Shown: positions 40,299-53,079 of the stretch, one piece after another
How positions within the stretch are numbered: the first letter of the stretch is position 1
Layout of the letters: every line of letters begins with the position of its first letter
Made by a program: the position numbers and the translations under genes
NCBI RefSeq assembly: GCF_009914755.1
Contig: NC_060929.1
From: the human T2T-CHM13v2.0 reference genome, Homo sapiens
Reading direction: 5' to 3' (one strand)
DNA: 64,000 nucleotides
The notes under the pieces: model-generated
Databases searched by the model: none
What the model saw: only the letters and a program-made list of their open reading frames with translations
What the model was told of the DNA's origin: nothing

Positions 40299-40824
40299 GC
40301 CCTGTCCAGGACAGTCCTGCTAGTCACATGAGGCTTTTGAGTACTTAAAATATGACTGATGGTACTGAGAAACTAAATTTTAAAAATTTAAATTTAATTT
40401 GAAAAACAGTTACAGCCTGCCAACAGGGAGGAGTGAAAACTATAAAAAGGCAGACCCAAGGATTCAAGGTATTGGGAAACTTTTAAGTATGTTCGGAACA
40501 ACTTGGGTATGTCAATTTACCTTTACAACTGTAAATTTTATGAGTTCTAGATACTGATGAAGTATTTCAGGAAAATGTAGCATCTGCATTGAGATGTGCT
40601 GTAAGTGTAAAGTACACACCAGAGTTTGAAGACATGATATGGGAAAATGTGAAGTATCTCAATAATTTAAAAATATTTATTACATACTGAAATAACATTT
40701 GGAGATACTGGATTACATAAAATATTAAAGTTAACATCACCTCTTTCGTTTGCTTTTTAAAACGTGGCTTCTAGAAAACTTAAAATCGCATTTGTGACTC
40801 GCATTATATTTCTATTGGACAGTG
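40299..40824. mobile_element. MER33/Charlie-type hAT element
   Basis: ctagtcacatgaggcttttgagtacttaaaatatg..gtggcttctagaaaacttaaaat..tatatttctattggacagtg. Confidence 0.75.
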
Positions 40825-40889
40825 AACATCTAGAGCCTTCTCTGACTCTTGTTCAGGTTTGAGGTTGTTACATAATTTTATGTGGTTGA

Positions 40890-41130
40890 GCTTGCTATTT
40901 ATTGGACACTTACACGTGCCAGACTCTGTGCTAAGACCTTAACATGTTTTTAATCCTCCCAAGAGCCCTACGAGCTAGGTACTGTGACCCCCATTTTAAA
41001 TATAAGGTTGCTGAACCTCAGAGAGGTGAAGTAACTTGCTCAAGGTCACACAGCTAATAGCAGAGCTGGGACCCTAGAATTAGACAGGTCTAGGTTAAAG
41101 CCTTCCTCCCAACCATGATACCACATTGCC
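40890..41130 (-). mobile_element. MIR
   Basis: ccccattttaaatataagg..ctcagagaggtgaagtaacttgctcaaggtcacacagctaat. Confidence 0.85.
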
Positions 41131-41869
41131 TCACTGCAGTCCCATGAGTTAAATGCCCATCTTGGGGCTCCAAATCCCAGAGCAGGGATGTGGTTAACAG
41201 GTGACCATGAGGACCATGAGCATCCATGGGGGACCATGCCGTTGGGTTTGCTGTGCATGCGCCTGCAGTTCTCCTTCGAGGGGGTCACTTTGAGAGGAGG
41301 TGAGCCCTGGGGATACCTGGGGAGCATTGCCACCCTGCTTTGATGGGTGAGAGGGCATCTGGGGGCACAGTGTCTATTTCCAGCTGCAGCCTTGTCCCAT
41401 TTTGTGGCAAAGTGTTTTCACCAACATCATGAGCTGGCAGTGCCAACAGAATTGTCATCTCCACTTCACAGATGAGCAAGCTGAACCTCAGACAAAATGA
41501 GATCCTTGAACTTGCAACCAGAACTAGAACTAGAACCTAGGGTCTGGTTCCAAATTCAGAGTTCTTCCTACCAATTAAACTGGGCTCCAGAGGTCAGATG
41601 AAAGGTATAACAGGGCTTGTGTGCTTTGGAGGAAAGTCCCAGAATGTCACTTTCATGGTGCCAGAAATGCTTCCATAAAGACATACTTCCTTCTGGGTAA
41701 GTTGACCTTTGAGTGAGAGGGTTTCTGAGGTCTTCTGACTGGGTGAAGGGAAATGGCAATGTAGTCAGGTGGGCCCCTGGCAGGGTGACAAGTGGGTGAG
41801 GCAGGGCTGCTCAGATGGGAAAGGATACAGTGGTGGAGTGGGCCACTTTCAGATCCAGGGTTTAAAAAA

Positions 41870-43510
41870 ATTACTTTCAATGACACATGTTTTCTACATA
41901 TTTATGGCGTACAATGGGATATTTTGATACACGTATATATTGTATAATGATCAAATCAGGATAATTAGCATATCTATCACCTCAATCATTTATCATTTCT
42001 TTGTGCTGGAAATGTACACAATCCTCTCTTCTAGCTATTTGAGATATTGTAGTGCCTTGTTGTTGACTATAGCCACTCTACTGTGCAATAGGATGCCAGA
42101 ACTTCTTCCTTTCTAATTGTAACTTTGTACCCATTGACCATCCTTTCCACATCCTTTCTCCAGCTTCACTCCCCAGGCTGTGGTAACCACTGTTCTACTC
42201 TCTTCTCTGTGAGATTAACTCTTTCAGATTCTGCATATGAGAGAGATCATGTAGTATTTGCCTTTCTGTGTCTGGTTTATTTCACTTAACATTGAGTCTT
42301 TCAGGTTCATCCATGTTGTCACAGATGATAGGATTTCAATCTTTTGAATGGCTGGCTCGTATTCCATTGTGTGTATATACCACATTTTCTTTATCCATTT
42401 ATTTATCATTGGATACTTAGGTTGATTCTTTACATCGGTTACTGAGAATAGTGCTGCAATCAACATGGGAGTGCAGATACCTCTTTGACAAACTGATTTC
42501 TTTTCCTTCAGATATGTAACCAGCAGTGGGATTGCTGGATCATATGGTAGTTCTGTTTTTTATTTTTGAGGAACTTCCATACTGTTGTCCATAGTGACTG
42601 TACTAATTTATATGTTGACCAACAGTGTGTTAGGGTTCCCTTTGCTCCATATCTTGGCTGACACTTGTTGTCTTTTGTCTTTTTGATAGTAGCCATTCTA
42701 ATTTGAGTGAGGTGGTATCTCATCATTGCTTTGATTTGATGAATTAATGATTCTCTGATGATCAATGATGTTGAGCATTTTGTCACATACCTGTTAGCCA
42801 TTTTGTATGTCTTCTTTTGAGAAATGTCTATTAACGCATTTCCTTTGCCCATTTTAAAATTGGATTGTTTTGCTTTATTGAGTCGAGTTCCTTATATAGT
42901 CTGGTTATTAACCCTTGTTAGATGAATAGTTTGCAAATATTTTCTTCCACTGTGTAGACTGTCTCTTTGCTCTGTTGTCTGTTTTCGCTTTGTAGAAGTT
43001 TTTTAGTTTGATGTAATCCCATTTGTCTATTTTTGCTTTTGTTGCCTGTGCTCTTGAGGTTTTATCGAAAAAAAAAATCCTTGCCCAGTCCAACATCAGG
43101 AAGCATTTCTCCTAATGTTTTCTTCCAGTAGTTTCATGGTTTTGGGTCTTACATTTAAGTCTTTAATCCATTTTGGGATGATTTTTGTATATGAGATAAG
43201 GACCTAATTTCATTCTTCTGCTTGTGGATGACCAGTTGTCCCAGCACCATTAATTGAAGAGACTGTCCTTTCCCCAATGTGTGTTTTTGCACCTTTGTCA
43301 AAAATCATTTGGCTATAGATGCAAGGATTTCTGGGCTCTCTATTGTGTTCCATTGGTCTGTGTGTTTTTATGCCAATATTATGCTGTTTTGGTGGCTATA
43401 GCTTTGTTGTACATTTTAAAGTCAGTAGTGTGATGCCTACAGCTCCCTGCCCACTGCCCCCACCTCAGGATTGCTTTGGTTATTCAGGATCTTTTGTGGT
43501 TCAGATCCAT
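41870..43510 (-). mobile_element. L1MA-type LINE, 3' ~1.6 kb
   Basis: Broken ORF2 peptides [25 protein letters not shown] and WIKKMWYIHTMEY; L1MA-like 3' UTR (aatgatcaaatcaggataattagc). Confidence 0.93.
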
Positions 43511-45101
43511 GTTTAGCTTTCACTCTACCATCACTGACACTGAAAATCTCTTTCCTAAGGGCTGCTGATCTTCTCCTGAAGTCTCAGAACAGATGGCTGC
43601 CAAGTAGGACGTCCTTGGAGAAAGCAGATTCTGGGCTTGCCTGGGTCTTGTCTCTCTGTTCAAGTGTCTTTTGGAGCCCTGGGCTGTGTCCTGACACTCC
43701 CATTTACTACCTATGAAAGGCAGTTGTTTTACCTTTCTGAACTTCAGTTTTCGCATCTGTAAAGTGGGACTTTACCTTGCTGAGTGAGGATTATTAGCAC
43801 AGAGCATGTGAAAGGTATGGCATCCAGCCTGGCAGCTGGTGGTGCAGTGAACATTGGGGCTCAGTTGCATGTAGACACCTGAGAGTTCTTTGGGATCCTC
43901 CTTGTCTTTCCGTGGGAAGCTGTTGGCCAAGGAGAAAGTGCAGAGCAGCAGCTGTGAGGGGGCCACACACATGGGCAAAGATGTACATTCTGCTCAAGCA
44001 CACTCCTGGGCTCTGCCAGAAAGGGTCTTTGGATGCCCTTGGAGACCATGGAGAAGGGGGAAAAGAGGGAGGCAGGGGCTCTGCAAAGCTGTGTTCAGCA
44101 CCAGCCTGGCAGAGACAATGATCAAACATCCCTGCCTCCCCATGCAAGGCTGGCTGAGGGTTCAAGGAAGCAGGCTTGGGGCACTCCTAGCCTCAAAGGC
44201 TGGTTCTGGAGGCTTTTCTGGCAGAGCTGGCCAGGTTCTCTACCTTTTGAAGGCAGGTTGGCTGGAATAACGAAGATCTCCATAGGTGCTTTCTGGGCAG
44301 AGAGTGTTTACACAATCCAAAATTTGTAATCTCTTCTGGGAGACATGACTGCCCTTAGGGACTTCTAGTAGACCAAAAGAAAAGAAAGAAAAAAAAGAAA
44401 TCCCCATGGCTCATATTTGGATGGATATTTTCAAGAAAAATATCTGGTCTAGCAAGGCAGCCCCTTGAGAAACTAATTGTGCATCAAGGTGGTACCAGGC
44501 AGGCATTTTCCTGGTTGGGGGAGGGGGGCCTCTCTCCTCGAACTCAGCAGGAACAATGTCTGAATCCTTTAGATTTTTGCAGCCCTGCCCTTCTCTTCCT
44601 AGCATACTTCTCTTCCTAGTGGTGCCAAATTTTATGAAGCTAAAGCACCCAAACTGAGCATATCATTTGTACCCAGAGAAAATTCACAGTTCGTTTTGTG
44701 CTTTCCAGTGAAGCTGCACCCAGCAACCAAGCAGAAAGCGCCCCTTCCCTCTGCCCTGGGGTCCAGTCACAGGGGCAGGATGGTGGTCAGACCAAGAGGT
44801 GACACTCTGGGCCCTTGTCATTTAAGCAGCTGGCCTCTCTGGCTGGCCTGGATTTGTTAAGCCCAGGCAGCTCCTTGACTCCACAGATGGTCACCAGGTG
44901 ATAAGTGATTGCCCAGCCCTTCCTCCTTTGAACTGAGCATTGTGTCTCTTCTTCCTGGGAGCTGTTTTGCACTGTCAGTTCCTAGGGATTAGGTGCGTGT
45001 TTAGGCTGGATGAACTCATGAATGAAAATATTTTGCTTTGTTCTTTTGGCAGTGGAGACCTGTACAGTGAGTCCCTCTTTTCTCTCTCCTGTCTCCCCCA
45101 G

Positions 45102-45232
45102 CACCACCTGCTCAGGTCCACCCTAATAACATCAGCCAAGGCCTCTACAGCAGCCCCCAAGCTGCCTCTGGATAGTTCAGACAAGGCCTCTGTGCTGTGA
45201 TGGAACCAGGTGACCCGCAGCCTCCGGGCCAG
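45102..45232 (+). other. Candidate non-coding spliced exon (131 nt)
   Basis: Acceptor ccctcttttctctctcctgtctcccccAG and consensus donor CAG|GTGAGT; stops in all three frames. Confidence 0.35.
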
Positions 45233-46682
45233 GTGAGTGCTTTCTTGATATTTTCTTCTGGTTCATGTTATATTCTTCAGCACACGATGGCAGAGGGGCA
45301 GCCCCAGCCTCTTCTGTGTTAAGAGCAAGGGAGGGGTTGGGGAGAGGAATCGGCCCTGTGTTTATGTGCTTCGCCCAGCTTTGATTCCGGTGCCGTGGAC
45401 TTCCTGAAGGTCCTGGGGGTGTGGGTCATGAGACCAGGGAACTGAGTCAGCCCTGTCATGTTGGAAGTATGGGCTCATGGAAGAGGCAGGAGGATCAGAG
45501 TTCAAATCTTAGCTCTGCCTCCTTTTAGTTGTGTGACCTTGGGAAAGTCATGCCCAGTTTACAGATGAGGATCCTGGAGTCCCACATCTTCCTTGCCAAA
45601 CTGCTCTGAGGCCTGTTAGTGTGTCTGGTGCCAAACATCATGCCTGGCATGGAGTTGGCATTATGTCACACCGTCCTTTTCCTGCCTTGTTTATGGGCTT
45701 GGCTGGACCAGCAGTCTGGGCCAACACCCACCTATGCCCCATCCCCATACCCTGAGAATGAGGAAGACCCAAAGGGGTGCTTATGGGACCTCAGTGTGAT
45801 GGATGAAGGCATCAGCTCCTAAGAGAATTATCACTGCAATTGATAGGTCGATGATGTTGCTGGCTGGCTGGTTCACAGCCATGGCTAATTCCTACCATTG
45901 CGTGTCTCTGGTGCTCCCTGGGAGCTTGAGGTCGGTGGTCATTCTCCAGAGCGCAGCTGTCTTACTACCACCTCCTGCAGTGAGTTGCTGGGTACTGCCT
46001 GTAGAGGACATAGGCTGGTGGCTACTTGGAATCTGTTCTGGAGTGCAGTGGATTGTATTGCTTAGTTGTAATAATTTCAGTTGAGGATTAAAATAAGCCT
46101 TGGGCCGATGGCTGGTGAGTTGGCTTGGCTGGGTGGGTGAGTGGAAGTGTATGCATACACCTAGGTATATGCCTCAGTGCCAACTCCTGTGTATGTATGT
46201 TGCGAGGTGGGGGCGGGGTGGGGCTGGGATTATTATTAGGGTTTTCCTATTTTGACATCTAACCAGTGGCTTTATCAATGAACAATTGTTTTAAAAGTGT
46301 TATTCTGCACAAGTAATATATATTAATATTAGAAAAACCGGGAAAAGTAGAGGTAACCACTGTCAACATTTTGAAGTTTTTTCCCCTATAAATATATGTG
46401 TTACTTTTTCTTACAAAATAGTATGATCCATTTTTTTAAACTTGTTCTCTTTGCTTAATAATATATCATGGTGGCCTTTTACCCTGACACCATCATTTGT
46501 GATGGTTGCATGGTAGGAATGTTGGCCTGTGGTATGAATATACTATAGTTTTCAAAACCACACTCCTGTATTTGGATATATAGGTTATTTCTGAGTGTTA
46601 GCCCTCACAACTACATTGTAACTAACATCTTTGTTCCAGCATTTTGGTGTACTTTTCTCTAAGAGAAAAGTTTGGAAGTTGA

Positions 46683-47038
<356 letters not shown>

Positions 47039-47567
47039 CAGGTGTCTGTGTTTTTTAAGCTTCTGATACTTTTAGCTAAATAGCCTTCTAGAAAGTTAGT
47101 ACTGAGCTAAGTCAGAGGAAAACAATTCCTTTCCCCTTCTGCATATGTTCCCTGGGCCTGCCCTAAGTTTCTAAAGGAACAGGGGAGGGGACCAATGTGT
47201 CAAAAAGCCCCTCAGGTTCCTGCCAGATCTCTCAGGTGCTGAATCCATTTTACATATGAGGGATTGAGGCCCAGGGAGGTACAGGGACCAAGTGTATCTG
47301 CCTGAGGAGGGCCTGGGAGCCATGGCCTGGCTGAGCCAAAGGCATCATAGGGCGTGAGGGAGCCAGCTGCCTGCGCTGGGCCCAGTGACCTGGGAGGCAA
47401 AGGAAAGGCCTTGGGCTGGTGGTGAGAAGAGCCAGGCAGCAGGGTGGGAGAGCTCTGGACCTCCAGTCCCTGCTGGCTTCTTCCTCAGGGACAGGGAGCC
47501 AGTGCTGTCTGGGTGGGGTGCATGCTAGAGCGGGGAAGTCCATTTAGAGGTTCCAGTGAGTGCCAGC

Positions 47568-47657
47568 CTCTCAACCCAGCCCTTCTCCAGCTCCATCCTT
47601 CCCCTGTCCTGCCTACCGGGCTCTGGAGTGCATCATGGAGGCAGGGATGGGCTGGCA
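47568..47657 (+). repeat. Copy 1 of 90-bp direct duplication
   Basis: ctctcaacccagccc..ggaggcagggatgggctggca matches 49696-49784 with 5 substitutions and 1 indel. Confidence 0.95.
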
Positions 47658-49249
47658 CACAATGGGTTCTTCTCAGAGGCTTGAGCAAGTGCCAAGCCGA
47701 GGGGATGGTGGGACTGGTACCTAGAGGGACAACAGTCTAGTTGGGCGATGGGATGGAGTCCTTCAGTCCAGAGGTTAGGGAATGGTGTCTGAGAAAGTTT
47801 GGGCTGTGGGAATCCTTCTTTCGGGTGGTCCTTATCAAGCAGTAACTATGGGCCAGAGCCTGGCCCAGGAACTGGGGATATAGCCTAGGTGAAGAGGACA
47901 CACCAGCCTCTGCCCTCAGGTGGTCACAGTCCCATGGGGATGACTGACTGGGACAGGCATTGGTGACTGATGACTGAACTGAGGCTGTGGGCATGCGGAG
48001 GAGGGCCGCTTGGGGAAGGCTTCCGGGAGGAAGGCACATCTGGCTTGAGACCTGAAGAAGCAGGGAATGGAGGGTATGGGGGAAAGGGCATGTGGTCACG
48101 GCAGAGCGGAGAGCATAGGGAAAGGCCTGGATGTCAGCAGCAGGCTGACGAGTGGCCTCTGGCAGACCTGGTACACTTCTCAGGGAAAGCCAGCTCTGTG
48201 AGGGTGCACAGGAGGTGGACCGCCTAGGAGGGAGCCCCCCAGGGCACCAGGCAGGGCAGCGTTGAGGAAGCTGCAGTGTTGGCCCACCTGTGGGTGCTGC
48301 CAGTGGCATCATGGAGCTTCTCTCCATGGGCCAGGCATGGCAGGTAGGGCAGGGTCCATGGGAGGTGGTGAGGTGGTGGTCAGGGGAGCCTAACCACCCT
48401 TCTCTTTACTCTGAAACATACAATCTCGATTCGCTTTGGAATGCATCCCTCAGAAGGCTAGGAAGACCATTTCTCTTGGTTCAGAAGCTCCATGTTCTGC
48501 ACCTTCCTCCTCCAGTAGGGCCTGAGAGCCTCAGGTGAGAGAGAGCCCAAGGCACCCTTGCTATCTGGGGAGACTTCATCTTGGGGGAGGAAGGCAGGTC
48601 CCTGCCCAGTGCTGCTTCTCTCACCACCACCAGATCCCTCTCTGGTGCCTCTGGAAAGATGTCCCGACTTCTCACCCAGGCACACAGGCCCTGTGGAGTC
48701 AGCCTCATGTCCCACATCTCAGCCTGCACACCCACTACATCCACGGGTCCCGCTGTCTGCCCTCCTCCCCAGGGGACACTGGTGCCCCCACACCTCCACA
48801 CCTGTGCTTATCTCACTTCCTCTACCCAGGTCCCTGTCTCTTTTATTTAAGTCCTGCTCATCCTCCCAGGTGGCCATAGATCACCACCTCTGAGAAGCCT
48901 CCCTAGCTTTCCTAGCTCTCTTAGGCCGAGTGCAGCTTTCCTGGCTCAGGGCACCACCCTTGGTGCTGGTGGTTGTCACTACCCCACACACTCCCTTGTG
49001 TTGGTGCTGGTTCTGCTGGCAAAGGACTGCAGGATGAGGGGCTCCTTCAGCCGGCCTATCCTTCCTGTGTGTGTCCCCATGGGGCCTGGCACCCCGACAC
49101 TCTGTAGGGGCTCAGGACCCCATTTGCTGAGGTGAGACCACATTTCCTCAAGAAGTGGCAGGAGTCACTCAGTGGGCACGTCTTCACCCCCATGTTCTAG
49201 AGTAAAGCAGTGATGCCGCGCGGTGATGCCACTTTCTGAGCATGACATG

Positions 49250-50050
49250 GTTAGCAGCACAGGCTCAGAAGACAGCAGATCTGGAGGGAGGCCTGGCTCT
49301 GGCTCTGACTGTCTGTGTAACCTCAGGCAAGTCATTTAATCTTTCTGAACCTCAGTTTTCTCATCTGTTTAATGGAGACAAAAATCTGCCTTACAGGAGT
49401 GTTGAGAGCATGGACAAAGACAAGGGTGTGTCATCCTCCTAGCCCCAGGGCCCCTCATGGCCCAGTCTCTGCACACTCAGGCAGCCAGAAGTAATTAGAA
49501 AGCTGACCCTTTATTGTCTTCTGAAAGAAGGTTGAAGGTTGGGCATCCCTGTCCTGTGCCCCAGCAGCACTCTTGAGCCCTGGCCAGTGCAGGTCTTGGC
49601 CACCCACGGCCCTTAGGGTCTCTCCCCACATCCAGCTTTTCCTTTTCTCTTCTCCTGCCCCCTCTCCAGGACTTGATTATGTGGGTGGACCCTGTCTCTC
49701 AACTCAGCCCTTCTGCAGCTCCATCCTCCCCTGTCCTGCCTACCAGGCTCTTGAGTGCATCACGGAGGCAGGGATGGGCTGGCATCGAGTTCTCGTTAGA
49801 GTGGGTGCGGGGAGGGAAGGATACTTGCACATGGGTGGATGAGTTCTGTTTTAGATGCGCAAGGCCCCAGCCCATCACGAATGCTTGCTGGGAATTCAGT
49901 AAGCATTTATGAGCTACCTACTATATGTCAGGCACCGTGCTAGGTTTCAATTCCCCAGAAACTCTGTGAGGCAGGTGGTGGTAGCTTCATTTTACAAATA
50001 AGAAAATTAAAGCTCAGAGCGCACACATTGACTGAGGTTGCACAACTGGT
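49250..50050. mobile_element. Two MIR relics (about 49250-49420 and 49905-50050)
   Basis: caggcaagtcatttaatctttctgaacctcagttttctcatctgt; cattttacaaataagaaaattaaagctcagag. Confidence 0.7.
49696..49784 (+). repeat. Copy 2 of 90-bp direct duplication
   Basis: ctctcaactcagccc..ggaggcagggatgggctggca. Confidence 0.95.
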
Positions 50051-51841
50051 TCGAACATTTGTCACCCCCCATGCATGGTTACTGTCAGCTAGGTGCTGGG
50101 CTGTGTCGGGGAGCTCTCTGGGGAGAGAGAGCCCTTTGGAGTCCTGGGTCTGCCCCGGGTCTGGCAGGAAGACCATTTGGATGATGAGAGAACAGACTGG
50201 AGGCAGGTGACAGGCAGATCCTAAATGTACAGGATTAAATATTTACATTAGGTAAAGATGAGGGTTAAGTGCCTCAGAGGCAGGCAAAGGGAGAGTGGAG
50301 GGAACTGCTGCTGGGGCTTACCTGAAGAGCTTATAGAGAAGGCTGCAGGAGAGGGGACATCTCTGGAGGCTCAGAGGAGCCAGGAGGGGGCTGGGGTGGA
50401 TGCCGGAGTCAGGCTGGTCTCCTGTGAGGTGTGTGCAAGTGTGTGGTGGCCCGGGAATGTGGGAGCCACATACTTTTGTATAATTAGCTCGGCTCCTCTG
50501 CAGTGGTGGCAATTAGCCGTAGGCGGGAGACAGGACTTCCTGTGGCCAAGGCCACTTCTGCACCTGGGGCCGCTTACCTGGGCTCCTGCTGTCCAGGCTT
50601 GGGCCCTGCGTGTTTCCGGCAGGGGCAGCCAAGAAGCAGGTGGGGCTGTTGGGACTGCAGGGTCACAGCTTCTACCTCGCAGCAGGAGGAGGGAATTGTC
50701 CCAGCCCATCCTGCCGCTCAGCCCTGTTTATATCTTCTCTGGGGCCCTGCTTTTGAGAAGGGCTTTTGCTCCCTCTCCTCACCTGTTGGGGGCTGTTTCT
50801 GAGCCTTTCTCACTCTTCCTGGCTGTGGGTAGGACTGGCAGCAACCTAGAGGGGATTAGTTCCCCTGGTGGTCAGTAGACGCCTTATACACCTCTTCCCA
50901 TGGACAGCTCAATGGCAGGAATATTCTGAGCATTTGGCTTTTGAGGAGCCCCACCTATCCTGCCATAATGAAAAATGTCAAAAATGAGATAATTAATGCT
51001 GCCACTTTGTTTCTCTTTAGTGTCCAGGGAATATTACTTTATTCATCTAATGTTATCAGCAATAATAACAATCACTGTCTTTGTGTTTTCTTTTTTTTAA
51101 CTGGCCCTGCCTGTTTCTCTTCTAAATTGTGAGATAGTAGATGTGAAAACTTGGAAGCGGGAGTGTAATTATTCCCACTTTGTAGGCAGGAAAAACCACA
51201 GGTAGGAGAAGTGAGTTGCTTGCTTAGCGTCACCTGGGGAAGGTGACTGTGGCCTAGGGCCACTGATGTGCCAAGTGCTACCATGCTCAGGCTTTTGCAG
51301 CTTAGCTGGGGTGAAGCTGAGGCTGGGAACTGGGCTCTCCCTCCACACCAAGGTGGGTGAGAGCAAGTTGCTGGTAGCTAAGTCACAAGGAGGGATGTCA
51401 GTATGGCACCTGCTGCGGTCAGCAGAGGGGCAGCTCAGCCCTGCGGTTGGCTGGGACTCAGTGGTACTAGGCTTGTGGCACATCCTGGGGATGAGCTGGC
51501 TGCCTGCTCTCTTAGCCACTGTCAAGCAGGCTGAGTCCCTGGTTCCTTCATCCTCCACTGTGCACTCCAGAGCTGGAAAATGTTCTAAAAATCCTTGAAG
51601 CAATGGCTTTTCCCAACCAGGCACAGCCTGCCACATGAGAAACCCAAAACCCGGGACAGGTGAGTGTGCTGAACACTTGCTGTGAACAGCAGGCATGAGG
51701 CCTAAAACCCCCCAGGTTTCACAGGTACGGGAGGATTCGATGAGATCTGTGTGATCAATATGAAGCGTTTGGTATGTGCCTGGCTCACAGTGAGTGTTCA
51801 CTTGGTGTTAGCAGCCATTATTATTATGTTAGACATGATTA

Positions 51842-51979
51842 TTAACCCATTTATGCCTGAGGTTGCAATTTTTTGAATTTTTGCAATCAGAACTTGGTGG
51901 TGACCTTGAGCAGTAGGATATAAATAACTCCCACATGCTCAGTGTTCCAATAATGGAACACTAGGCATAAATGGACTAA
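51842..51979 (-). mobile_element. MER85 (piggyBac/PGBD3-derived MITE)
   Basis: TTAA-CCCATTTATGCCT..AGGCATAAATGG(A)-CTAA termini; internal palindrome GTTCCAATAATGGAAC. Confidence 0.93.
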
Positions 51980-52369
51980 AGAAAAAGACAGTGTTCTGTG
52001 AGGTAACAGGGGCCTGGCCCAGGAAGAGAGTGCTCCACGAATAGTAGTTGTCATTAGCTATTGGCACTTTGTCTCCTGCATCCCCATCTTCCCAAGGACC
52101 GAAACTCTGGTCGATTCTCATTACTTGCACTAGTTATGTTCTATAAAGTCCCCACCAACACCGAATTAGCAAATACTAAACCACTGCTCCTAGGGACAAT
52201 ACAAAGTTAGGTTCCTGTGAGCTTCTGGTCACATTTTTGTCAACTGATCAATACATAACCTTGTTTTATGTGTGTTACTGTTTAAAGCACCTTATTTAAT
52301 ATATGTTGATGATTCAGAAACATCGACTTCATGGCCAGTAGCGTTGTAACTCATGCTTATCATCTAACA

Positions 52370-52591
52370 CAGCTTGTCCAACCCGTGGCCTGCAGGCTGC
52401 ATGAGGCCCAGGACAGCTTTGAATGTGGCCCAACACAAATTCATAAACTTTTTAAAAACATTATGAGATTTTTTTTGACGATTTTTTTTTTAGCTCATTA
52501 GCTATCGTTAGTGTTAGTGTACTTTACGTGTGGCCCAAGACAATTCTTCTTCCAATGTGGCCCAGGGAGGCCAAAAGATTGGAAGCCCCTG
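52370..52591. mobile_element. MER30 (hAT-Charlie MITE) with 8-bp TSD
   Basis: cagcttgtccaacc..ggcccaggacagctttgaatgtggcccaacacaaattc..ccaaaagattggaagcccctg; atctaaca / ctctaaca flanks. Confidence 0.9.
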
Positions 52592-52767
52592 CTCTAACAC
52601 AACTATTTTCTCTATAAAGTACATCATGGCCTTCTTGCTCTTAGGAACATTTCACAGAAGTATTCTTGGGGGCTATTTTAAACAGCAAAACCACCAACAA
52701 AAAGAACAATAATATAAGAAAAAAGAAAAAACACATAACCCTACACACAGCAGAAAGGATACTTGTT

Positions 52768-53079
52768 GTCTGGGTGTGGCGGCTCATGCCTGTAATCCCA
52801 GCACTTTGGGAGGCCAAGGCAGGAGGATCATTTGAGATCAGGAGTTTGAGATCAGCCTGACCAAACATGGTGAAAAACCATCTCTACTAAAAATAGTAAA
52901 AATTAGCTGGCCCTGGTGGTGAACACCTGTAATCTCAGCTTCTCAGGGGCTGAGGCAACAGAATCCCTTGAACCTGGGAGGCGGGGGTTGCAGTGAGCCG
53001 AGATTGTACCACTGCACTCCAGCCTGGGCAACAAAAGCAAACTCCATCTTAAAAAAAAAAAAAAGAAAAAAAAAAGAAA
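52768..53079 (+). mobile_element. AluS
   Basis: Full dimer with A tail; TSD gaaagga(t/c)acttgtt at 52753 and 53080. Confidence 0.95.

Noticed and set aside
46208-46228. G-quadruplex motif GGGGGCGGGGTGGGGCTGGG (others near 7160, 39280 and 62280)
   Set aside because: Real motifs but very common in GC-rich primate DNA, with no extra evidence of function.
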